Shown piece by piece: positions 27,518 to 36,481 of a DNA stretch of 55,461 bases. The stretch lies in IMG/VR virus record IMGVR_UViG_3300031653_000002, positions 1-55,461 of that record. One strand, written 5' to 3'. The DNA is from a virus. Lineage: Duplodnaviria > Caudoviricetes. Each line of letters begins with the position of its first letter. The stretch's first letter is position 1. The notes under the pieces are model-generated. The model was not told where the DNA came from and did no database searches. It was given only the letters and a program-made list of their open reading frames with translations. Both the position numbers and the translations under genes were made by a program.

Positions 27518-27536
27518 TTAGTTAGGAGAAATACAG

Positions 27537-28541
27537 ATGGATAAGTTTTTACGAATGTTCAGTTTTTATCGGCCTTTAAGTTTTCTTTTTGATACCGACC
27601 CCAATAGCGACCCCAATAATCCAAATCCGGGCGGTGGAGATGACGACGGCTCTAAAGGGGGAAAAGGGGGAGACGGCGGTGGAGCCAAAAAGGAAGGCGA
27701 CGAGGGCAAAAAACAACCTGCGGAGGATTCTTATGAATTGACCGTTGATGGGGAAAAAAGGCGGGTAACTATAGAGGAAATGAAGACTCTGGCACAAAAG
27801 GCCAGCGGTGCCGAGAAGCGATTCGAGGAAGCAAATAAAATAAAAAAAGAAGCGGCTGATGCCGTCCGATTCTTGGACTTAGTTGAGCGGATGAAAGACC
27901 CCAACCATGTGCCTACTGAATTGGAAGTAAAGGAGCTTGCTGGTATGCTGGGAGCAGATTCAAACGAATTTATGGCAAAATTGCAAGATGGGGATGGTAC
28001 TCCCCCCGCAGGGAGTGGAAAAGGTGGAATTAAGTTGTCAAAGGAGGACTTGAAAGAGGCTTTGGGTTTCGATCCCGATGAGGCAAGGGTTTCATTGGAA
28101 TACTCTAAACAACAGCAAATTAACGCTGCAAGAGACTATATTATGGGCGAAACCAAAAAAGCTGTTGACAAAGATGAGATTTTTGGTAAAATGAAGATAG
28201 GAGAAGGTGGTGATGACCGCCTTCAAGTTATTAATGATTTGGTAGCAGAGGATGTTTTGAGGAAGATTCAGGATGGAAGCAAATTTGGGGCGGAACTTGT
28301 GGCGGCGAGTGTTCAAAAGATACGTGCCCACCTTACCAGGTTCGGTATCCCAAACAAGCCGGAACAATATCCCATCGCTTTGGGACTTGGGCCAGGCCAG
28401 ACGTTACCTTCGGAAGTTCTATCCGATAAACCAATTACACGGGTTGGTGCATTAGAAGAAGGTGCAGAAGAAAACTTCGTTAAAAGATATTCCCAGAAGG
28501 GGATACAGATGATGCGAAGTTTGATGAACAACAAGAAATAA
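27537..28541 (+). CDS. Capsid scaffolding protein
   Basis: Low-complexity N-terminus, LTVDGEKRRVTIEEM motif, coiled coil; precedes the capsid gene. Confidence 0.75.
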   Translation: MDKFLRMFSFYRPLSFLFDTDPNSDPNNPNPGGGDDDGSKGGKGGDGGGAKKEGDEGKKQPAEDSYELTVDGEKRRVTIEEMKTLAQKASGAEKRFEEANKIKKEAADAVRFLDLVERMKDPNHVPTELEVKELAGMLGADSNEFMAKLQDGDGTPPAGSGKGGIKLSKEDLKEALGFDPDEARVSLEYSKQQQINAARDYIMGETKKAVDKDEIFGKMKIGEGGDDRLQVINDLVAEDVLRKIQDGSKFGAELVAASVQKIRAHLTRFGIPNKPEQYPIALGLGPGQTLPSEVLSDKPITRVGALEEGAEENFVKRYSQKGIQMMRSLMNNKK

Positions 28542-28637
28542 CCCGTAAAATTGGAGTCCTTTTTGCTATATGCGTTTGGTGTAACGTATGTTGCACTAAT
28601 ACTAAGTATGTAACGTGTATATTGAAAGGATGTAACG

Positions 28638-30209
28638 ATGACACAAGCTGTAGACTTGTTAAATGATATTACCCGCGAGGAACTCCCTCGAATGTTCATC
28701 GAACTGGAACCCGAAGTGGCTCCTGTTTTCGATAGAATTAAAAGAACATCGATGGGCGTTAAGTCGCAGGAAGGCTTGGGCAAGGGATATAAGGTTCTCC
28801 ACTTCTACGGTACTGGTATGGCTGGTTCGTTTGAGAGTGGTGATGCCCTTGGTCCGGGAATGTCGAGTATATCGGGAAATCAGGCTCAGATGCTTGCATT
28901 AGGTGATGCGGCCTCTAATTTATCTATATTCCCGAAAGCAACTGAGGTGCCCCACACCGGCGAAGTTAAAAGGGAATTAACTCTGCACAAAGTTAATGGT
29001 AACTATAGTGTTCCGGTGGCGTGGCGACAGTTGGATACTCTTAGTGCTTCACAGCTAAAGAAAATCCGTAGGGATTTGATGGCTGTGGCAAAACAAAAAT
29101 TGAAATACGAGGCTTCGAGTTTCTTTAGCCATGAGGTAGTTAACTCGTCAACTTATGTAAATCAGGTTCTTGGTAGAATATCTGCTATTGCAGAACATTC
29201 CGTATGGTCTGATTACATCGTCATTACACTCGATGAGCAATATGGTAGAATAGCTAACTTTGAAAAGGGTCAGCGTATCGATATTGTTGCGGATAGTAGT
29301 GGAACCCTTCAAAATGGTACAGCCACCACGGGTGCAGATGTAAGAAACTATGCGACATCAACAGCTAACTATATTATGCTGATTGTTGCAGATGTCGATT
29401 ACCTCGGCAAGAAAATTACACTGTGGCCTGTAGATACAGGTACAGGTGGATTGCCGGACTTTGATTCTGGTTATCGTACAAGCCCAACAGTTCCAGGTGC
29501 GGCTGATGACTGGATTTGTGCGGCAAATACAACGACTTATACCAGTGGTTCACGTCCACAATTCAGTTGGGGAATTAACAACTGGATTAAGGATTCTGGT
29601 TCAATCCTTGGCGGAGCAAACCTGGCAAGTGGTCTCGATCTTGATTTATACAGTATGTTCAAAAGTCAAGTAAAGGCCATAAATCAGTCTCTTACCGACG
29701 ATATACTTAACAACTATATCGGTGGTTACTTGGATGCCTACCCCGGCGAGACCTTGGATACCATAATCACAACTCAGGGTGTTCAGCAACAGTGGTTGAA
29801 ATCGGCGAGCCTGTATAACAATCGTCAAAATTATGAGAGAACTGGTAAGGCTCTTGCCCTCCGTGGCGGATGGTCTCAAATCTCTTATGAGTTTGGTGGC
29901 CGAGTTTTCGACTGGATTATGAGTCCGATGTGCCTGTCAAAGACACTGTACGGCATGAAATTCGGTGGGGACAACGTCAAGAGATATGGTCCGCCTCGGA
30001 TTGGTGGTACAGATGCCAACATGGGACCGGAACTTGAATTCTTGAATACCCTTGGTGGTTCTGGTGGTAATGTATTCTCTGTAGCTCACGATTCAAACGG
30101 TAGACCGATGGATTTACTTGAGGCTCCGTTCTGGTATCACCAGCTAATTTGTCCGGAAGACCCCAGAGGATTAAAATTCACAGGCCTCACGGAAGCCACA
30201 ATGACGTAA
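28638..30209 (+). CDS. Major capsid protein (with large insertion domain)
   Basis: 523 aa after the scaffold, strong RBS, followed by hairpins; HK97-like ending (PRGLKFTGL). Confidence 0.8.
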   Translation: MTQAVDLLNDITREELPRMFIELEPEVAPVFDRIKRTSMGVKSQEGLGKGYKVLHFYGTGMAGSFESGDALGPGMSSISGNQAQMLALGDAASNLSIFPKATEVPHTGEVKRELTLHKVNGNYSVPVAWRQLDTLSASQLKKIRRDLMAVAKQKLKYEASSFFSHEVVNSSTYVNQVLGRISAIAEHSVWSDYIVITLDEQYGRIANFEKGQRIDIVADSSGTLQNGTATTGADVRNYATSTANYIMLIVADVDYLGKKITLWPVDTGTGGLPDFDSGYRTSPTVPGAADDWICAANTTTYTSGSRPQFSWGINNWIKDSGSILGGANLASGLDLDLYSMFKSQVKAINQSLTDDILNNYIGGYLDAYPGETLDTIITTQGVQQQWLKSASLYNNRQNYERTGKALALRGGWSQISYEFGGRVFDWIMSPMCLSKTLYGMKFGGDNVKRYGPPRIGGTDANMGPELEFLNTLGGSGGNVFSVAHDSNGRPMDLLEAPFWYHQLICPEDPRGLKFTGLTEATMT

Positions 30210-30218
30210 AAGCAATAA

Positions 30219-30254
30219 CCTTCGTGGGATATTAACCTGCGGAGGGTGTTCTTT
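30219..30254 (+). terminator. Hairpin after the capsid gene using the genome-wide motif as its 3' arm
   Basis: ccttcgtggg/cctgcggagg (10 bp, 3 G-U) then gtgttcttt. Confidence 0.6.
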
Positions 30255-30268
30255 AACATTTGAATGAC

Positions 30269-30350
30269 AATGGGGAAGGCGTTATCATAGGTTCATTTTC
30301 TTTCCTCCTTTCTGGTTGGTTTGGTTTTTTTAGCCTTCCCCATTTTATTT
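30269..30350 (+). other. 12-bp stem with a pyrimidine loop containing an anti-Shine-Dalgarno sequence
   Basis: aatggggaaggc/gccttccccatt enclosing ...ttttctttcctcctttctggttgg... Confidence 0.6.
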
Positions 30351-30386
30351 ACCATTAGAATAGTTTAGATTTAGAAAGGTAAAATA

Positions 30387-32468
30387 ATGGCAGCAACAAA
30401 TCCATTAAGAGTAAAAGATTTACTTCACAAATACGGTTGGGACTTTATGGCCCGACTTGCAAGTCTTGGCGTACAATATCAGGCAGAAGCTCAAATACTG
30501 TTTGTAGACAGTGGAGCAACTAATGCCTCAGACGTCGATGACGGCGAACACGGACATTCATTTGATGTCCCATTGGCAACAATTGATTATGCCATAGGTT
30601 TATGTACGGCGGACGAAGGTTCTGTAATACTTGTAGCTCCGGGACACAATGAAAGTTTGGCCGCGGCAACAATTGATTTTGATGTCGCAGGTGTCCGAGT
30701 AATAGGTCTTGGACAGGGGTCATTAACCCCAAGGATAGATTTTGACAATGCGGCTTCAAGTATTGATATTGGAGCTAATGATGTCAGTATCGAAAATATC
30801 AAACTACTTCCTTCAACAGATTCAGTCCTAATTGGAGTTGACGTTGAATCTGGTATAACTGGATTCAGAATGAAGGACGTAGAATTTATGATTGGAGAGG
30901 ACGGCTCTGGAGATGATGAATTCGTAAAAGCCATCGAACTCAAATCAGGAAACCATGATTGTATTTTTGAGAATGTGAAAATATTAGCACATGCCTCCGC
31001 GGCGGAAGCAACTCATGGAATTAATATCGCAGCTGCATCTGATAGGTTGACCTTTAAGAATGTCATAATTGATGGCCCTTATGCAACAGGCGGAATCGTA
31101 GAAGCTGCTGCGGGTGTCAATCATATTGTGGAAGATTGCTCGATTGATACAAGCGGAACAAACTATAGTTTCGACAACTCAAGTACGTTTGCAAAATATA
31201 CCAGAAATGTGGATGCTGGTGTAGATTCAGAAGATGCAGAAGCATTGATTGAAGTTGCACGTGGAACAGGAAATTATCCGACTGGAATTACCGATAATAG
31301 TATTCTGGCTTATATTCTTGGTAGTGGTGGGACAGCGAGTGCATCTACTTATAATAATACAACGGATAGCTTACAGGCTATAGCCGACGCTATCTCCGCT
31401 ATCGACAATACAACCAACTTGAATACCGCAGTATCAGCGACCCCTACGGCAAGATCATTACAGGATATTTTGGAAAAAGATGGTACAAGTGATTTTGATT
31501 GTTCAACGGACTCTCTTGAGGCAATAGCGGATGCCTTAGCAGCAGGAACAGGATGTACTGTCGCAATTGAGGCTGATGATTTAGACCACTTACTCACATT
31601 AGATGGTGCCACTCAAGTCTATCCTGAGAATTGTGCAACCGACTCAATCATCGCTAAGATTTTAGTTAAAGCCGACCCCGCAGTGCCGTCGGAATATGAT
31701 AATTCAACAGATTCGTTGGAAGCCATATCTGATGCACTGGCCGCTGGGACAGGATGTACGGTTGCGATAGAAGCAGACGATTTAGACCATCTGTTGAAGC
31801 TGGACGGGGCAACACAGGTATATCCTGAAAATTGTGCTACGGATTCAATTCTGGCCAAAATACTTGTAAAAGCTGATCCAGCCGTTCCCAGTGAGTTCGA
31901 TAATTCAACTGATTCGCTGGAGGCTATTGCCGATGCAATTGGTGTAGCACAGGCCGACTTGAATATTCTCACGGGGGCCAGCGGTGCAAATCTGTTAACG
32001 GCAACACAAGATTCTATTGACGCTATTGAAGCGGATACAGCCGTAATAGAGCCTGGAGCAAAAAGGATAGCCGTAAAAGCCACTGGCGACATGACTGGCA
32101 TGGATACCGGTGAAGTTTTATTCACAGTGACAGGAGCCGTTTTAGCTCGTGTTTGTGGTGTGGTCGGAACTCAAATTGATTCTACAAGCGGGACAACTAC
32201 CTTGGAAGTTGGAGTCGCTGGTAATACAGCACTTCTTTGTGTGCAAGATGCGGCAGACCATACAGCCTTCGATGCCAACTTCTGTTGGACAAAAACAGTC
32301 GCAGCGGATAGCGTAGGGGCAGAATTGGCCGATGAGTGGGTTGTCATCCCTGGTGGATTAGACATAATCCTTACCATATCCGCAGATGATTTAACACAGG
32401 GAACTATGGACTTCTATTGTGAGTGGATTCCGCTCAGTGCAAATGGAAACGTAGTTGCCACTCCGTAA
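30387..32468 (+). CDS. Virion structural protein with beta-helix (pectin-lyase-like) region and 67-aa tandem repeats
   Basis: FVDS...DG.HG.SFD.PLATIDYAI...ILVAPGH beta-helix cap; DSLEAI repeats. Confidence 0.7.
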   Translation: MAATNPLRVKDLLHKYGWDFMARLASLGVQYQAEAQILFVDSGATNASDVDDGEHGHSFDVPLATIDYAIGLCTADEGSVILVAPGHNESLAAATIDFDVAGVRVIGLGQGSLTPRIDFDNAASSIDIGANDVSIENIKLLPSTDSVLIGVDVESGITGFRMKDVEFMIGEDGSGDDEFVKAIELKSGNHDCIFENVKILAHASAAEATHGINIAAASDRLTFKNVIIDGPYATGGIVEAAAGVNHIVEDCSIDTSGTNYSFDNSSTFAKYTRNVDAGVDSEDAEALIEVARGTGNYPTGITDNSILAYILGSGGTASASTYNNTTDSLQAIADAISAIDNTTNLNTAVSATPTARSLQDILEKDGTSDFDCSTDSLEAIADALAAGTGCTVAIEADDLDHLLTLDGATQVYPENCATDSIIAKILVKADPAVPSEYDNSTDSLEAISDALAAGTGCTVAIEADDLDHLLKLDGATQVYPENCATDSILAKILVKADPAVPSEFDNSTDSLEAIADAIGVAQADLNILTGASGANLLTATQDSIDAIEADTAVIEPGAKRIAVKATGDMTGMDTGEVLFTVTGAVLARVCGVVGTQIDSTSGTTTLEVGVAGNTALLCVQDAADHTAFDANFCWTKTVAADSVGAELADEWVVIPGGLDIILTISADDLTQGTMDFYCEWIPLSANGNVVATP
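31502..31935 (+). repeat. Intragenic 201-nt (67-aa) tandem repeat, about 2.2 units
   Basis: STDSLEAI recurs at about 31503, 31704 and 31905. Confidence 0.85.
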
Positions 32469-32486
32469 CAATAACAATTAGGATTG

Positions 32487-32527
32487 AGGGGTAGCCCTTA
32501 CCTTTGGGCTACCTTTCTTCCTTTTTT
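32487..32527 (+). terminator. Rho-independent terminator
   Basis: aggggtagccc/gggctaccttt then cttcctttttt. Confidence 0.7.
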
Positions 32528-32537
32528 GGAGAGTAAA

Positions 32538-33038
32538 ATGGGACAAAAGAATTATAAAAAGGATGAAGCAATTCGTATTCTTTACCGAGCTATTCCAGGT
32601 TCGGCATCTGTAAATATGGACGTCTATGACGAAACCGATACCCAAGATGCGGCACAATCTGGAGCGATGACCCAACTGGGTTCTTCCGATAGATGGAGTA
32701 AAGAATTCACCCCCGATGAAAATGGTAACTGGTCTGTCCATATTACTGATAGCAAGGGGGGGGATGTCATAAGGGATTATTCTATCGGGGACTACAATAT
32801 CTCAACGGTTGGAGCAACTGCTGCAAGCATAGAGGCAAAGGTGGACGACCTAAACAATATTTCACCTGCGGAGGTAAATTCTGAGGTGGATACCGCCCTT
32901 GGGGATTATGATGGCCCAACTAAGGCGGAGTTAGATTCCGCCGAGTCAAGTATCCGTGGTGCGGATGGGGACGATTTGAAATCTATCTCCGACCAGATAG
33001 ACGGTATTTCTCCAAGTTCTGCCCCAATGATTGGTTAA
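32538..33038 (+). CDS. Putative virion protein
   Basis: GGAG RBS; Ig-like N-terminal half; AEVNSEVDTALGDYDGPTKAEL motif. Confidence 0.65.
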   Translation: MGQKNYKKDEAIRILYRAIPGSASVNMDVYDETDTQDAAQSGAMTQLGSSDRWSKEFTPDENGNWSVHITDSKGGDVIRDYSIGDYNISTVGATAASIEAKVDDLNNISPAEVNSEVDTALGDYDGPTKAELDSAESSIRGADGDDLKSISDQIDGISPSSAPMIG

Positions 33039-33051
33039 TGTATGATTACTC

Positions 33052-33324
33052 ATGGCTATAAATATAGTCAATCAAAACGAGGGGAGTTATCGTTTATTTT
33101 ACTCCTCTAAAGGATTCTTGGAAGGCTTAAATGTCACCGGATATTTTATATTTAATGACGGAACCAAATCAGATATTTTCATCTTTGATGATATTGGGGA
33201 TGGAATCTATACTATCGAAAGGGACTTTGAAAAACAAAATAGTGCCCACATGGAGAAAATGGGAATTGTCGTAAAGGAAGATGGAAACATAAGTAAATTT
33301 GAGATGATTAATATTTTTAGATAA
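33052..33324 (+). CDS. Hypothetical (Ig-like) protein
   Basis: Operon position; GDGIY. Confidence 0.55.
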   Translation: MAINIVNQNEGSYRLFYSSKGFLEGLNVTGYFIFNDGTKSDIFIFDDIGDGIYTIERDFEKQNSAHMEKMGIVVKEDGNISKFEMINIFR

Positions 33325-33335
33325 AAGGTAATAAA

Positions 33336-34349
33336 ATGAATATACTAAAACCAAGTGATGGATGGCCGATTAATCATACCAATGCTGGTTCGGCTGCTTT
33401 TACTAAGTTAGCCGATTCTCCCGGTCCCAATCTTAGTTGGTATCTAACCGGATTCGTTATGTCAGGTGGAGGCTCCGCAGATGGGTTCTCTGTAATCAGA
33501 CGTGCCGCTGTTCAATTTGCAGAAGCCGCTGATTCCTTTACTGTATCAGATAACGCTGCTCTGGAACCTGCGGAGGAGAATTTCGCAATTGAGTTCGGAA
33601 TTAAAGCTGCTGCAACGGCTATTAGTGTAGCTAAGATTCTTCATAAGCATGACGGGTCACATCAAGGATATATTGTTGCTATTAACTCCGCAGGAAAATT
33701 AACAATTACAGTTGGGGATGGCACAGAATCCCATAACGTCACGATTACAAGTATCAATACCATAAACGACAACGTATGGCACCATGTAATCATAAATATC
33801 GAAGCTGGAGAAACGGATGGTCTTTCTATCTATATTGATGGTCAACTGGGGTCTGCCCAAGGGGACATATCCGGCGTAGGTTCTATCACAGGAGGTTCTA
33901 CCAATTTAACTATAGTCGGAGAGGCTTCAAAGACGTTCTCAATTAGTGCTTTGGGTCTCTATAAGGGACAGATTCTTTCTGCATCTGAAATAGCCACTCG
34001 ATATGCGGACGGTGCCGGTAGTAAATTTATTGGAACTGAAACGGGATTATCCGCAGCTTGGAACCTCGATGAAGGTACAGGAACAGCCCATGGAGATTTG
34101 GTAGGCTCTAATGATGGGACATCTTCAAGCACAGTATGGCTTGATGGCGAGGGACTTCCAATAGACCCTCATACATTAAAGGAAACAATTAAATATAATA
34201 CGGGTATATTGAATACAAATGGAGTAATACCTAATTCGGTCGTCGTTTTTCCCCATGCAATTAAAGTGGGTAGAAACAATCCAGTTCGTATTGCTGAAAC
34301 CGATGGGGCATTTGGACTCCAACTATTCGGTTATCCAGACAGAGCATAA
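33336..34349 (+). CDS. LamG/concanavalin-A-like domain virion protein
   Basis: [31 protein letters not shown]. Confidence 0.8.
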   Translation: MNILKPSDGWPINHTNAGSAAFTKLADSPGPNLSWYLTGFVMSGGGSADGFSVIRRAAVQFAEAADSFTVSDNAALEPAEENFAIEFGIKAAATAISVAKILHKHDGSHQGYIVAINSAGKLTITVGDGTESHNVTITSINTINDNVWHHVIINIEAGETDGLSIYIDGQLGSAQGDISGVGSITGGSTNLTIVGEASKTFSISALGLYKGQILSASEIATRYADGAGSKFIGTETGLSAAWNLDEGTGTAHGDLVGSNDGTSSSTVWLDGEGLPIDPHTLKETIKYNTGILNTNGVIPNSVVVFPHAIKVGRNNPVRIAETDGAFGLQLFGYPDRA

Positions 34350-34663
34350 AGATAGGTACTTAGTTATATAGAGAGAAAGTAGGTAGCATTATGATAGTTA
34401 GAATTAGAAATAAAGATAAGGATTCAGATAGATTTTTTGACTGTGTTAGGTCTTGTGTAATTCCTAATACCGACGACCAAGGGGTCAGGTTAAAAGATTT
34501 TCTTCTCATAGTAGATTTTGGGAAGGTAAATCAAGATATTACATTTGTCTTGGATAAGGGAGACGAGATATACTATATGAACGATACAGGGAAAACAATT
34601 GCCACCGATATGAGAGCTAAGTATCAGTAAAACATAAAAACAAAATACTAAGTACCTATTTTT
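34348..34663. repeat. 13-bp perfect inverted repeat (34352-34364 / 34647-34659) enclosing one small gene
   Basis: ataggtacttagt / actaagtacctat; extends to 17 bp with one G-U pair. Confidence 0.8.
34391..34630 (+). CDS. Small hypothetical protein inside the inverted repeat
   Basis: 79 aa; IYYMNDTGKTI. Confidence 0.65.
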   Translation: MIVRIRNKDKDSDRFFDCVRSCVIPNTDDQGVRLKDFLLIVDFGKVNQDITFVLDKGDEIYYMNDTGKTIATDMRAKYQ

Positions 34664-34674
34664 GGGATTATATT

Positions 34675-34869
34675 ATGAAAAAAGATAAATTTGATAAGCC
34701 GTCATTGATGGATAAGGTAATATTGTCTATTCTACGGGCGAGGAAGGGAAAGAAGAAACCCGTTAAAACGATGAGAACTAAGGCTATAGAAAGTTCGGCA
34801 AAAAAGAATTATGGTACTGATTTAGCATCCGAGCTTGCTAAATTAAGAAAGAAAGGACAAGGAAAATGA
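34675..34869 (+). CDS. Small basic protein
   Basis: Lys-rich; coupled to the next gene. Confidence 0.55.
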   Translation: MKKDKFDKPSLMDKVILSILRARKGKKKPVKTMRTKAIESSAKKNYGTDLASELAKLRKKGQGK

Positions 34870-35087
34870 GTAAAGAAAAACCAACTAATCCAGTAAAACC
34901 TCCGCAGCCTCAGGGCATGGTAATTATGGCTTGCCCAAACGGGGCAAAGGCAATTCAATCTTTATGTGACGCGGCCCTAAAGATGGGGGGCTTGCAGAAT
35001 CTAAGAGCAATAAATACAATATTGATGTCGATACAACCACTGCCGGAAGCGAGACTTGGCGGGAGTATGAAACCTGCGGAGGAATAA
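34866..35087 (+). CDS. Small hypothetical protein
   Basis: ATGA coupling. Confidence 0.55.
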   Translation: MSKEKPTNPVKPPQPQGMVIMACPNGAKAIQSLCDAALKMGGLQNLRAINTILMSIQPLPEARLGGSMKPAEE

Positions 35088-35089
35088 TC

Positions 35090-35470
35090 ATGCTTGGAAT
35101 GACAAGTAAATTTAATCATAAAGAGCACACCTTTGTCGGGGGGGACATAGGAGCTTATATCAAGAGGTTGGGTAAGGAACACGATAGACACTTGGCGGTT
35201 ATCAGGTACAAAAAGTTAGGTGTCTTCTGCATTATAGAATTTCTAACTCCGCAACGAAATGTCTTTGTGGATTCTATGAATCTTGGGAAATCATTAGGTA
35301 ATTTTAACAGGGTTAAATCCGTAGAGTTAAGGATGAGATTGTTCCGGCCTCTTACGGCCAGAGAGACAAGTGTATCAATTGCTAACGCCGAGAGTGACTA
35401 CTATCACCGTAGGCAAGACGAAAACGAACAGGAGACCGAAAGATGGGCAAGAATAAAAATGGGCGAGTAA
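35090..35470 (+). CDS. Hypothetical protein
   Basis: GGAGG RBS. Confidence 0.6.
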   Translation: MLGMTSKFNHKEHTFVGGDIGAYIKRLGKEHDRHLAVIRYKKLGVFCIIEFLTPQRNVFVDSMNLGKSLGNFNRVKSVELRMRLFRPLTARETSVSIANAESDYYHRRQDENEQETERWARIKMGE

Positions 35471-36150
35471 CTACATGTACCCTCGTGGTAATATTGATCT
35501 TAACGATTTGTGTGGGGGTATTGTCATGTTGCATTGTCCCTTACCCAATAGATGAATTAAAAGGAAATAATGTTGTTGTTGAAGCAACTTATATCCTTCA
35601 TACCGGCGAGGAGCTACACACTGTAGGAAGCGGTGTTATTATTGATGCCAACGGTATAATTATTACGGCATTGCATGTAGTAGACGGTTCCATAAGCGCA
35701 AGAGTGATTTTTGATGATGGCACAATAGTTCCTGTTGTATGTGCATTTTTTGACCCTAACCACGATATTGCTATCTTAAAAGTAAATCATAAATCCGATA
35801 CTTGTGCCAACATAGATTTTATGGGTATACTAAATGATGGTGATAACCTGGTAAGTGTAGGCACCCCTATGGGTGTTTATGATGATGTTATCTCCAAAGG
35901 TAAAATATTAAAATTACAACTATACCGCCTTTGGTTTGACCCAGAGGTTCCATATATTATGACTGATATTGTAGTTTATGGTGGATGCTCAGGTGGGGGG
36001 GTATACTATAAGGATATGCTAATAGGGATAATGTGCAATGGACTTGGACAAGAGGCGTCATTCATATTTCCCATATATGATAGGGACATTTTAGATTTAT
36101 CTGGATTGATGGAATATAATTATGAAGATGGTATATTAATATGCCCCTAA
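35443..36150 (+). CDS. Trypsin-like (S1C/HtrA-type) serine protease with N-terminal membrane anchor
   Basis: GSGVII, ITALHV (His), HDIAIL (Asp), GCSGG (Ser). Confidence 0.88.
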   Translation: MGKNKNGRVTTCTLVVILILTICVGVLSCCIVPYPIDELKGNNVVVEATYILHTGEELHTVGSGVIIDANGIIITALHVVDGSISARVIFDDGTIVPVVCAFFDPNHDIAILKVNHKSDTCANIDFMGILNDGDNLVSVGTPMGVYDDVISKGKILKLQLYRLWFDPEVPYIMTDIVVYGGCSGGGVYYKDMLIGIMCNGLGQEASFIFPIYDRDILDLSGLMEYNYEDGILICP

Positions 36151-36302
36151 CAGGAAGTGTGTCTGAAAATATATCGGAGTTGTATCGCGATAACAAGCGT
36201 AAAGGCAAAGAACGTGGTGCAAATGGTAAGCCCCGAAGCAGGTCTCAGATAATTGCAATAGCAATAAGCGAAGCAAGAAAGAAGAAAAAACATGGCTCTT
36301 AA
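36141..36302 (+). CDS. Small basic phage protein (53 aa, not in ORF track)
   Basis: MPL...SENISEL...QIIAIAISEARK. Confidence 0.6.
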   Translation: MPLTGSVSENISELYRDNKRKGKERGANGKPRSRSQIIAIAISEARKKKKHGS

Positions 36303-36477
36303 TAATAAAGAACGAGAATGGATAGATTGTCACTTCACAAAATTAAACGATAGGATTACCGAATTACGTGTAGACATCGCCGGATTAAAAGTGAAAAGTT
36401 CTGTATGGGGATTATTGGGTGGAAGTATCCCGGTAGCTCTTACAATTGGTATTTATTTATTGACAAAATGGGTATAA
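36292..36477 (+). CDS. Small coiled-coil/TM protein, holin- or hemolysin-like
   Basis: Coiled coil followed by a C-terminal hydrophobic helix. Confidence 0.5.
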   Translation: MALNNKEREWIDCHFTKLNDRITELRVDIAGLKVKSSVWGLLGGSIPVALTIGIYLLTKWV

Positions 36478-36481
36478 TATA

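Noticed and set aside
31502-31935. Diversity-generating retroelement TR/VR pair
   Set aside because: Differences are synonymous rather than adenine-specific, both copies are in one ORF, and no reverse transcriptase is present.
36460-36478. TTGACA...TATAAT as a promoter
   Set aside because: The spacer is only about 7 nt.
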